Shown here piece after piece: positions 9,894 through 20,000 of a stretch of 20,000 bases of DNA. Each line of letters begins with the position of its first letter. The stretch's first letter is position 1. The notes under the pieces are model-generated. The model was not told the DNA's origin and made no database searches. It saw only the letters and a program-made list of their open reading frames with translations. The translations under genes and the position numbers were made by a program. This stretch comes from Microbotryum violaceum (taxonomy: Eukaryota): positions 1,042,097 through 1,062,096 of the forward strand of contig CDLV01000015.1 of NCBI GenBank assembly GCA_001244265.2, in the 5' to 3' direction.

Positions 9894-11047
9894 GTGTGAG
9901 AGTGACCCACTCTGTTTCCATCTCCAAGTTGGCTTTGCCTTGATGTGAAATGTGAATCTACCACCTGACCGGTCCATCTTGAATCTGCCTTGAGGGCTTT
10001 GCCTCGAGGAATTCGCTTCGCGAGAAGACTTCGATCGGCGCTCGCGTTTCACATCGACTGGGCCTAGACGTCGACTCGGCAATGGTAGGTAATAGCATCA
10101 GCAGTTATCGCACCAACTAAACGCGTACGCCAAACGTTAGACCTTAACCGGTGTTGACTCCGTCTAGTGTAGCTGCGGTGGGTTCGGGTGACCTTAATCA
10201 CGTGCTGGGAAATGAGACAGGAGGTGACTCGCTTCACTACGGTCCACGCCTCGCCCTTTCTCCTTGTGGCGGCAGAGCTCGTTTCCGCTTGTCGTCCGTC
10301 ACCATCCTCCGAGTTGCGTCAAAATTACCTTCTGGCGAGCGATGGTATCTGCGTCGACTCACCTTAACGCTTGGAGGACCCTCGTGAAGAGCACCGACCG
10401 CGCTTTAACCTGGCCGCCTAGTCATTGCCCTCGCGCGCTCAGTCCTTGCCGCCGGCCGGACTCCTGGTCGACATGATCGGCTGGTGACTTCATCACCAGG
10501 AGTGATGGCGATCCCTTCCCAGAAACCGATGTTGTTCAGCTTAAGTTATGAAAACATGTACTCATTTGTTCCTCGGAGGAGGAGCAAAGTCTTTGTCGCT
10601 TTTAGTACTACTGGACCTAGAATAAGCTATTAGTGTGCTAGAGATCAGAGCATCTCTGGATAAGGGGGGGCTTCGTCAGCTAAGTTGCCCTTCGGCGTGC
10701 GAAGATCACCCTCCCACTTATCACTGGGGTTCCAATCTTCAAGCTCCGGAAGTCTAATCAAAACTTTTATTCTAGTTAATTGTCTGCCTCATAGAATTCC
10801 GCCTACTAATATTCAATTGTTTCTGATGAAAGGACCCAGAAGCGCAAGCACCTCAGAGGTTTGTCCTTTGACAACGAAACAGTTGCATTGTCATTCACCG
10901 ACTCCATTCGTCAAGACGACTACCCACTTCAGGCTTATAATTCAGGCACTAAATAAATTACTCACAGCGCACAGCCCGGATACAATCTAGTATTCTATTC
11001 TTTAAAGAAATATTGAAACACGTTCTCATTCCCGCCATCAGGCTGCT

Positions 11048-12905
11048 TCAGAAAAGCGCTCTCAGGCGTGTCTGGATGCTTTCGTACGACATCACCTCGG
11101 CATCCCAGAGGTCACAAAGTTTAACCTCAAGCATTCCTTCTTCAAGATCGCAGTAAGCCGCGGCAATCGAACAGTTGTCCTTCAGAATCGTCAAAAGGTC
11201 TATCACACCATGTATGGACCAACGGGACGCGCATGAGCCCAGGAGCTTCATGAAACCGGTTCGCGAACCCAGGCTGCTTTTTTGGGAGAATGCAACGCCA
11301 GAATCGCCGTCACACCACATGTTCCAAATACGTGTGGCATTCGACTTCTCGAATAAGGGCTCGTCGACAGGTTCAGATTGAAAAACTATGCGGGACGCCA
11401 CATAGAAGAACGATTCGATGTCGTGCCAGCGCTCGTGCACCAAACCATCAGTTTCCGGGCTGAGCAGGAGTCGAGAGTAGTATGGTAGCGTACCCTGTCA
11501 TTGATCATGATATGGGTGAGAGGTGGGAAGAATTTAGATTAGTCCAACAACATGTTCAGGGCTATCACGGACGCGTGAACGCACCCAACGGCCGAAGCGA
11601 CACTTTTCTTGAGCCGCTCGAGTCTTCTTCACCGCCAGATTGTAGTCGATCAGGATGCCATCGCCGTGTCTGTCAACCATCACGTTAAGGTTCGAAACGT
11701 CCGGTGAATGAAGCCTTCGTTCCAGAGCTCGCGATGCCCTGTCATGTACGGCCAAGGTTGAGTTCATGTACGCCTCACCCACGACGGCACAAACAGCGGG
11801 TCGGTTCCGCTCTGGGCACTCACCCTGAATCACACCCTCGAGAATGCGTGCGAGCTCCTTGGTGTCCTTGACTGTGGCGAGCGACTTGTAGCACTCTTCG
11901 TGGACGATAACCTCCTTGGCCCGCGGGACAACACCTCTGAATTCGAAGGATTCATCGCCAGGCAGGAACGCGAGGAGGGTCCTGTATTCAGTGCGAAAGA
12001 AGCCGACGAGCGGAGCGAGCCCTCGAGGTCTCTTTTCTTTGATGAAGTTGCGGATGTCGGCTAAGTACGAGTCGTGCAAGCCCAGGACCCACGTGATCGT
12101 CATTGCGCGGGTCTTGCAGCTGGTACCCTCGCCAGTGGTGATTTCGTACGTCGACGTCGCGCGACCGCATGCACTGCGTTGACGGAAGAGAAGCTTCTCG
12201 ATCTTGACGTTGGACATCGTCGTTGCTCCCCCGCTGAACTCTGAGGCCGCCGGCGGGAAGAGTCGGGGCAGAGCGTGAACGGGCCGTAGCGGTCGTCGAG
12301 TGAGGTCGTGGTGGCGAGCACACCGTTCAGCCGATCACTGTGTTTGATGAGACGGTACAGAAAGGTTGACAGCTCTCCGTTTTCTTTGGTGACCGTCTTG
12401 AGTTTGGTGAAGAACACGCCGCAAGCAGCCATGACGTAGACTTTGAGACGGTTATCGCGCAACGTGAATCCGATCGCATGCTCTCGAATCGGCGTCGCGA
12501 GGAGTGCCGACAACCGTCCCAACAAAACGTCCTTGGCCCCGGACTCGTTGCCCGCTTTGGTCTCGCCCACAGCGGCCACGTGCGTGAAGGACCGTTTGGC
12601 CCGGTTCAGGTCCTCCTTGGCCTTGGCCTTGTTCTTGTTTTCTTTTTCTGCGTCGTCGTCGTCGTTGTCTTTGTCACCGACGTCGTGATCTTCGGCACCA
12701 TCGTCCTGATGCTGGTTCTTGGTTGGCTCGACGAAAAGACGTCGGTCGCGGGCAGTGGACGCTTGGATTGATCGTAGAGCGGAAGAATCACCTCGGACAC
12801 AAGTTGCGACGACTGCTTCTGAATGGCGATGTCGTTGCCGAGACACACAAAGTGGGCGAGGATCTGATCGTAGTCGAAAAGGCGCCTGCGCCACTTTCCC
12901 ACCAT
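11048..12905 (-). pseudogene. FunK1-type fungal protein kinase-like gene, frameshifted copy (paralog of 18452-20000)
   Basis: Same exon layout as the paralog (introns 11739-11823 and 11495-11584). Motifs VGETK, IGFTL, GRAT, GFIH(R)DVS..N, LIDYNLA, GTLPY, HERWHDIESFFYV. 1 nt deletions versus the paralog at ~12261 and ~11701 (inside HRD). 5' end unclear, probably a further frameshift near 12740. Confidence 0.8.
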
Positions 12906-13043
12906 CGCCCCATCGCCCTAAGCTCAACTAAGACCTCCCTCTGCACAGCGGACCTACGTGGCCCAAACTGGTGCAATCTTGATCGTGGTTCCACTCAACC
13001 TGAAAAGGCTTAAGGTCAAGTTGAGGAAATATATTTTGATATA

Positions 13044-13191
13044 CTAGTAGGATGGTCGGTCATCCGATGACCGATCGCGATCGAGCGGGTGTGGGGGGCG
13101 CCAACCGGTCCCAAGTCCCTCCACATCGTCCCCTGGCAGACCACAGTTCGAGTCCTCTCCTCCCCTCCTGGTCTGCATGACCAGCGAGGGA
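13044..13191 (-). mobile_element. Helitron-type 3' terminus (hairpin + CTAG|T); possible short non-autonomous element
   Basis: Minus strand reads TCGGTCATC-G-GATGACCGA (9 bp perfect stem, 13074-13056), 8 nt, CTAG (13047-13044), then T. The 5' end at A|TC (13191) is only a guess. Confidence 0.6.
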
Positions 13192-13204
13192 TCCTTGAAC
13201 TAAT

Positions 13205-13427
13205 TCCAAGTGATTAGATCCCGTCTCAAGCGCTTGCTCGACCTAACAAAAATAAGCGAACAGACCCACAAAGCCCAGATCGGTTTACACGATGGCGTAA
13301 CTTCCAGTGGGCCGGGAGCGATGGCTGTACTTACTTGATCTACGACAGTCGATCCGGATCCGATAAGCCAAGAGCCGTAGCCGATCTCGGGGATCCGATG
13401 GCCGTCAGGAAGCCAAATGTGTTCCAT
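13205..13427 (-). pseudogene. Aldo-keto reductase 5' fragment (~43 codons)
   Basis: Exon 13427-13335 MEHIWLPDGHRIPEIGYGSWLIGSGSTVVDQ; intron 13334-13243 (GTAAGT...TTAG); then VEQALETGSNHL. Similarity stops where the catalytic DTAxxY motif should begin. Confidence 0.8.
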
Positions 13428-13682
13428 CCCATGACTGCGGTGGATTGACGTGGGTTGAATCTGGAGGTGGTGGTGGGCGAGAAAGGAACCGCGTGGCGCG
13501 AGAGCGGAGGACCGCTCTGATGTGGGGCGACGGCAGCAGACGCGGGCGGCGGCGGCTAGGCGGCTATAGCGATCGGGGACGAAAAGTTCTTGTGCGGGAA
13601 AGTCAAATTTCAAGACTATCAGTAAATCGTATGCAAAAACTAAATGGTCCATTAGGCCAGATTTGTGCCCACGTGCAGTGGC

Positions 13683-15851
13683 CTATACCAACTTCTCTGT
13701 GGCCTGCGTGCTAAGTTTATGGGAACCCTTGTGGGGGAACGCTAGGTTACGAGACCAGAATGGATGTTCAAGCTCGCGAAAGTACCCCAACTCGCACCTC
13801 TGGCATCCACAAGTCATTGGAGGGAAAAGAAGAGTGGAATGCGGTCTTCGTCAGCATTGCTCAATGCGCAATGGCCAAACCTAACGCCGCATACTCACCG
13901 AATACGTAACCTTCGGCAGCTGGCGAAAGTACTGGTCATACTTCACGTCGAGTGCATCCTTCAATGACCTAATATCCTCTCGCGGAAACATCTCCTTCCA
14001 AGGCCTCTTGCACACCTCCCCGACGCAAGTTTTAAGCACGAGCAATAACGCATCCAGCCGAGTCAGAAGTTTCTGCAGTTCTGGCGATTGCGACTGCACC
14101 TCAGCGAGATTGTGCATTTGATCAGGGTCGGTGCGGAGGTCGTAGATCTCGTGCTCGCCCGTACACCAGACAGCGTAGCTGAGGTCGGTTAAGTTACCCT
14201 CTACAATTCGGATTGCGCGATAGGTTGTGTTGAGGAAAGACCTGCCTGCGGATACATTGTCAGGATAATTCAGCTTACCTGGATCAACGGTGTGGGCACA
14301 CCTCTCGGACTGACCTGAATATTTCCCTTCTTCGATCCCGTCCACCCAGTACTCCGCCAAATGATGCTGCTTGATCCCTTCCCGTACCGCATCCTGCCGC
14401 AATGCTTTGGTCAAAGGTACGAGCGAGCCATCATGCTCATAGTCCGACTTGGCGCCAGCCAGATGCATGATCGTCGCGCCCAAGTCTGCAAGAGAGTATA
14501 CTGATTTACTATCGACCACCCCTTTGGGCACTCCCGGTCCTCGAACGACGAAGGGAATTCGAATGTCCTCTTCATAGGGTAGAGTCTTCCCAGGGTTGCG
14601 CCGATGCCCGCCATTCGCTTCGAATCCATTGTCCGAGGTGTAGATGATGATTGTATCGTCCGATTTGTTATGCTTATTAAGCTCATTGACAACGGCTTCG
14701 ACCAGCTCGTCGACGGCTTGTAAGGAGCGCAGACGTTGTCGGTAGAATTCTTCGATGTACGCGACGTGGGTCTGATTCAGTCGTTCGAGTTGACGGACCC
14801 ATGAAGCACCACTCGGGGAGGATGGGTTGTGAGAGGCTCGTGAATAGTTCAGGGTCACGTCCTTGAAGAGATGGGCGTGACGGGGTGCGGAAACAGGGGC
14901 TTCAAGCCGGACATCGTGAGAAAGGCTCGCGATGTGTGAGTGAGGCGCAATAGGGGCGACTGCAGCCGAACAGTGCAACTGTCAGAACACTCCTTATACG
15001 ACTAAGCTCGACGAATGGCGTATACTCACTAACGACGAAGAAGGGCTTGCGTTGGTGACTTGCATCGCGTATCATATGCAACGCTTTCTCCTTCACTAGG
15101 TCCGTCGAATACGATCCGGCGTGGTACTGTACGGGCGAACCGACGCGACCGAAAGAGGCATTCACATAGTTGTACGTCTGAGGGTCCAGCAAGAAATCGG
15201 CATCTGTAAACGGGAGAACATGCACTTATTATGAATTTTGAGCTATCGAACAGGGTGCTTTTAAAGTCAACTAACCGGTGAAGCCAGCTGGAGCCAGTGC
15301 TTCATAGTTATTCACGTTATGCCCATTCATGAGTTTTCCGACGTATCGCGTCGAATATCCGGCGCTTTGCATGAAGCTTGGGAGATAACTGAAGCGATGA
15401 GAAGAGCAGTCAGATCAATGCTCGAAGGCTGTGTTGTATCCTGGATGATCTTACTGGCTATTGTACCCCTTCTCGCAAAAGACCCCCACCCGCCCCAAGG
15501 TGCAATGACCGAAGTGATGTTGGTGTTGTGCGCCGCTTGGGCCCTTAGGAAGGACGTCCTCGAAGGGCAACACAGCGAGACAGGCGCGAAAAAGCGCTCG
15601 AACGAGGTGCCTTCCTGGACCAGCAGTCGCTGGACCGCCTTCATGGTCGAGATTGAGTCTTGTACCGCATCCTGGTCATCAACGATGATTAAGACGATGT
15701 TGGGCTTGTGCTTGGATGGCGTCGAATCGTCTCGAGGGCCTTGAACTTGTTCTGCTGCTGCAGCCCCACTTGAGGATTGCAGAGCCGTTCGGGCGACGGG
15801 CAGTAGCAACACTAGCAATAATGCCAGCAGTGAAGTGTGGGTGCCCCTCAT
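13683..15851 (-). CDS. Secreted arylsulfatase (formylglycine-dependent), ~597 aa, 6 exons; one -1 frameshift (error or recent pseudogenisation)
   Basis: Signal peptide MRGTHTSLLALLLVLLLPVARTA; KPNIVLIIVDDQD; CCPSR (CxPxR); GYSTRYVGKLMNGH; KPFFVVIAPIAPH; YTSDNGF; GKTLPYEEDIRIPFVVRGPG; EIYDLRTDPDQMHNL. Exons 15851-15455, 15388-15276, 15203-15030, 14959-14315, 14245-13899, 13799-13683, all GT-AG. Adding 1 nt at the G run 15483-15487 restores GGWGVFCEKGYNSHYLP. Confidence 0.9.
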
Positions 15852-16386
15852 CGCGGTCACGAAGTATGAACAGTATGAGGAGAAGTTAAGAGCGGGGAGG
15901 ACACGAAGTGCATTAACATTAGCTACCGCACCATCACGGAGTTAGACACTCTGAGACGAGGTCGAACCGAGCTCGGTTTCGCGGAGTCGGAGCCGCCTGG
16001 GCTCGCATCCGATTACAGGGGGTGTCGTCTCCTTTTCAACTGTCACCTGTCCTTGGGCCGGAGTGTTTCCACTTCCGACAGGGCTTCGCAAGAAATCGAC
16101 TCCATCAAGTTCTTCGAATCCAAACACCTGGATCGTATGTTTATCCGTTCATTCACCATGGCATGTCGCGATGATGCCTGGCCACCGCTGCGGCGCCGAC
16201 CGCCGGTTATCTATCAAACAGGTGTGCCAGGCTGCTTGATGGAAATTGGGACCTCGGCGAGCGGAAACGGTCTGTCGCTGGCCGACCCATGCTGAATCAG
16301 TGCTAGCTAGTTCCGCGGACGCCACGTGGTTTGTCCACGGGGTTTGTCTCCCGTTCTCTGACGTTCCGAGTCTTTGACGTTCTTTG

Positions 16387-16456
16387 TCTCGACGACGTTT
16401 TTTATGGTATAGTTTTAAGGATCTCGACGACGTCTTTTATTATATAGTTTCAAGGA
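16387..16456. repeat. 35 bp tandem duplication (31/35 identical)
   Basis: tctcgacgacgttttttatggtatagttttaagga (16387-16421) and tctcgacgacgtcttttattatatagtttcaagga (16422-16456). Confidence 0.85.
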
Positions 16457-16973
16457 TATGGTTTCCCAAGACAACTAAGTCAAGGTTGTACCAAGCGCAC
16501 GCAAAACGCATGCGCAGGACGTCGCCATTCAGCTCGCTCCGAGGTACACGGGCAACCCTTTGGGCTGCGGGAATCGCAAGGATCCGGTTCTGGTTTCCGT
16601 ATGTCCGACTGGCGGGGCGGATCGTATGAATTCCGTAGTCTAACAGACTATGTAGCATGATCGGAATTATAATCCAATTCTCCCCAAATCCCATATTTCG
16701 GGTGCATGAGAAACACAACAGACGACCGACACAGCTTTGAGGTCTTGTATACCCTTTTCATCCATGACATTTGCTGACAAGTTGACGTTGTCATGTTTGC
16801 AAACTATAAGGAATCCAGCCGGAAAATACCGAGTTTCTAAGATGGTCAACCATGTGGCGCCGTTACGAATTGTAGCCATGAGAATTCCGCACGATTGAGG
16901 GTTGCGCGTGTATACGACGCTCGCGCCCTGTGCTGGAGCCTGCTGGAGCCGTTCAACTTAGGAGAGGGCCACG

Positions 16974-17236
16974 AGGACCCGGGAAAGCTCAGCCCAATGT
17001 GCGTCTCGGAGATTTGTACTTTTCGGGCCCATTTATGCCTTGTGATATGCTACATCACGTGATTTTTCATGGTAGAGTAACATTTTCAACACATAGAGTA
17101 ACATTTTCAACACAACCCGATAATTTGGTCTTACACCGGAATACATACACCCCTTATATAGGGCTATTCGGTGTATCAATCGGCGTTAAAACGGGGTTTT
17201 TCGAGACGCACCTTCGGCTGAGCTTTCCCGGGTCCT
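16974..17236. mobile_element. MITE, 263 bp, 35 bp TIRs, 8 bp target-site duplication
   Basis: TIR aggacccgggaaagctcagcc(c/g)aa(t/g)gtgcgtctcg at 16974-17008 and inverted at 17202-17236 (33/35). Perfect flanking direct repeat GGGCCACG at 16966-16973 and 17237-17244. AT-rich non-coding interior. Confidence 0.9.
17073..17114. repeat. Perfect 21 bp tandem repeat x2 inside the MITE
   Basis: tagagtaacattttcaacaca at 17073-17093 and 17094-17114. Confidence 0.95.
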
Positions 17237-17440
17237 GGGCCACGTCGTGCAGTAATGCTCTTCCCTGCCCCTCCCGCTCTTTCTTTTCACAACTTCGGCA
17301 TACGTGACCTCTCCATGGTCTCGCCTATCGACCACTTGATGTGCTATACCAAGGCTACAGTGTTACAGCGCGTTCGACACTCGACCAGAACTCTCTGACG
17401 CCGAGCAGCGTAAGTGGACCCGTCCAGTCCCATTCCATTA

Positions 17441-17755
<315 letters not shown>

Positions 17756-17798
17756 CTATGAGATCAAGATTGCAGAAGGAAGACAAGAGCGATTTCTA

Positions 17799-18103
<305 letters not shown>

Positions 18104-18105
<2 letters not shown>

Positions 18106-18160
18106 AGCGGGCGGAGAGCGGGCGGGCGGAGAGCGGGCGGGCGGAGAGCGGGCGGGCGGG
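18104..18160 (+). repeat. G-rich minisatellite (AGAGCGGGCGGGCGG)x3 plus a shorter unit
   Basis: Exact 15-mers at 18115-18129, 18130-18144 and 18145-18159, preceded by an 11 nt variant. Confidence 0.95.
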
Positions 18161-18451
18161 AGAACTTGGAAATTGCCCATATAAACAGGTCGAAACACAC
18201 TACTGAAGCTTTGGCGCTCCTGTCTGGTCTATCGTGGCTTGCTTTTGTTATAGCCGAGCCGCCGCAATTCCACCGAAGCTCGCCCCACTCCTGTCGTCGA
18301 TCGCATCGGGTTCGGCAGGATATCAGATGTTGATTGGTATGCGCATGCGGGACCTAGGAGCTTGATCACAACGCGCAGTACCAAGTCTATTTCTACATTC
18401 AGATTCGTCCATTAAAATTGCAAAACAGGAACGCAGATGTCGAGCACGGTT

Positions 18452-20000
18452 TTACTCGCAAATTGCCTTGAAACTCGCCTGGATGTGTTCATACGACATC
18501 TGACCGGAGGCCCAACGCGACGCAAGTTCTGGCTCAGTCTCGAAGTCTTCCAGGCCCGAAAAAGAAAATTCCAGCGAGCAATTTTGCTGCAGGACACTCA
18601 GAACCTTCTCCACGCCGGACCAACGAGATGCGCACGCATTCAGGAGCTCCCTGAAGCCGGATCTCGTAGACAGCAAGAGTTTCCTGATTGCTGCATCTTT
18701 GAGCTTCTTGGCATTCCACGCGTTCCAGATATCCGCGGCGTCCGGTTTCTCGAAAAGTTGCGCGTCGGCAGATTCAGATTCAGGTTGGAAAGCCGTACGG
18801 CACGCCACATAAATGAATGATTCTACATCATGCCAGCGCTCGTGCACCACACCCTCGGTTGCGGGGCTGAGCAGGAGTCGAGAGATGTAGGGTAGTGTGC
18901 CCTGTGGTTGATCATGGTACAGGGGAAGGATGGAAAGGAGTTAGGTGAGACCAAGAACGCGTGAAGGGCTAGCAAGGACACGAGAACGTACCGAACGGCT
19001 GAGGCGACACTCTTCGTCAACCGTTCGAGCCTTCTTCACCGCCAGATTGTAATCAATCAAAACTCCATCGCCGTGCCGGTCGACCATGACGTTGCCATAG
19101 GACACGTCACGGTGGATGAAGCCGTAATTCCAAAGCTGGCGATGCCCTGTCACGCAAGGCAAAGGGTCGTCAGTGTTGGCACACCCTTCAGCGCGCTGTC
19201 CCGCTCTGCTCTGAGCACTCACCCTCAATCGCACCCTCGAGAGCGCGCGCAAGCTGCTTGGTGGTCTTGAGTGTGGCGAGTGGGTAGTAACGTTCTTCGT
19301 GAACGACGACCTCCCTGGCCCGTGGGGTGCAACCGGCGAGGGATTCGTTGCCGGGTAGGAACACGGGGAGGGTCCTATATTCGGTGCGAAAGACGCCGAC
19401 CAGTGGAGCGAGCCCTCGAGGTCTCTTTTCTTGGATCATGTTGCGGATCTCGGCCAAGTCCGAGTTGCGCGACTCCTCGACCCAGATGATCGTCATTGCG
19501 AAGGTCCTGATGTTGGCGCCCTCAGCAAGTTCGACCTCGTATGTCGACGTTGCGCGGCCGCACTCTCTTTTTCGACGAAAGATGAGCTCCTTGATCTTGA
19601 CGTTGGACATCGTCGTTGCTCCCCAGATAAACTCTGAGGCCGCCGGCGGGAAGAAGTCGGGGCAGGGCGTGAATGGGCCGTAGCGGTCGTCGAGCGAGGT
19701 TGTGGTCGCTAGAATGCCGTTAAGCCGATCGCTGTGTTGGACGAGACGGTACAAGAACGTCGACAGCTCTCCATTCTCTTCGGTGACTGTTCTAGATTTG
19801 GTAGAGAACACCCCGCAAGCAGACATCACGTAGACCTTGAGACGTTCGCCGCGAAGGGTGAACCCGATCGCATGTTCGCGAATCGGCGTTGCGAGGAGTG
19901 CCGACAACCGTCGGAACAACTGGCGCTCGGCGTTGGAGGTGCCGGCTTTGGTCTCGCCGACGGCGGCCACTTGCGTACAGGAGCGTTTGGCCTGGTTCAG
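18452..20000 (-). CDS. FunK1-type fungal protein kinase-like protein (5'-partial); exons >20000-19223, 19146-18992, 18901-18452
   Basis: Spliced frame is uninterrupted: VGETK..IGFTLRG..GRATSTY..AIEG-HRQLWNYGFIHRDVSYGNVMVDRHGDGVLIDYNLA..RS-GTLPYISRLLL..HERWHDVESFIYV. Introns 19147-19222 and 18902-18991 have canonical GT-AG ends. Confidence 0.85.

Noticed and set aside
10481..10499. Hairpin ctggtga-cttca-tcaccag
   Set aside because: 7 bp stem with no adjacent CTRR|T or other context; plausible by chance.
10100..11000. Short ORFs and a purine tract (taaggggggg) suggesting an LTR element
   Set aside because: No TG...CA LTR pair, primer-binding site or gag/pol motifs recognised.
10987..11010. 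CTAG with neighbouring ttctttaaagaa palindrome as a Helitron end closing a FunK1 transduction
   Set aside because: Palindrome is AT-rich and short, and the flanking base does not fit CTAG|T on the minus strand.
13200..13652. 150 aa ORF as a complete gene
   Set aside because: Composite of upstream sequence, AKR exon 1 and intron read-through.

Overview
Eukaryotic, intron-rich (66-99 nt GT-AG introns), GC-rich fungal DNA. Gene content and intron style suggest a basidiomycete, possibly Microbotryomycetes (inference only). Left to right: (1) terminal exon of a probable CAMKL/Ppk16-like kinase gene, of which only the UBA-like segment and low-complexity tail are in the window; (2) a ~2.6 kb internally deleted Helitron with a hairpin+CTGG|T 3' end; (3) a two-exon Ecl1-family gene whose Cys motif is split by ~190 aa; (4) a spliced IRC3-like helicase pseudogene fragment; (5) a frameshifted FunK1 kinase-like copy; (6) a second, different Helitron-type 3' end on the minus strand, joined to an aldo-keto reductase 5' fragment; (7) a six-exon secreted arylsulfatase with one frameshift; (8) a complete 263 bp MITE with 35 bp TIRs and an 8 bp TSD, among minisatellites and hairpins; (9) an apparently intact FunK1 paralog running off the window end. 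Both FunK1 copies appear to have Thr in place of the beta3 ATP-binding Lys. I see no RNA genes or CRISPR arrays. I cannot demonstrate a new biological system; the best leads are the FunK1 pseudokinase pair, the Helitron-associated gene-fragment shuffling and the split Ecl1 motif. All family assignments are from recalled motifs, not database searches.
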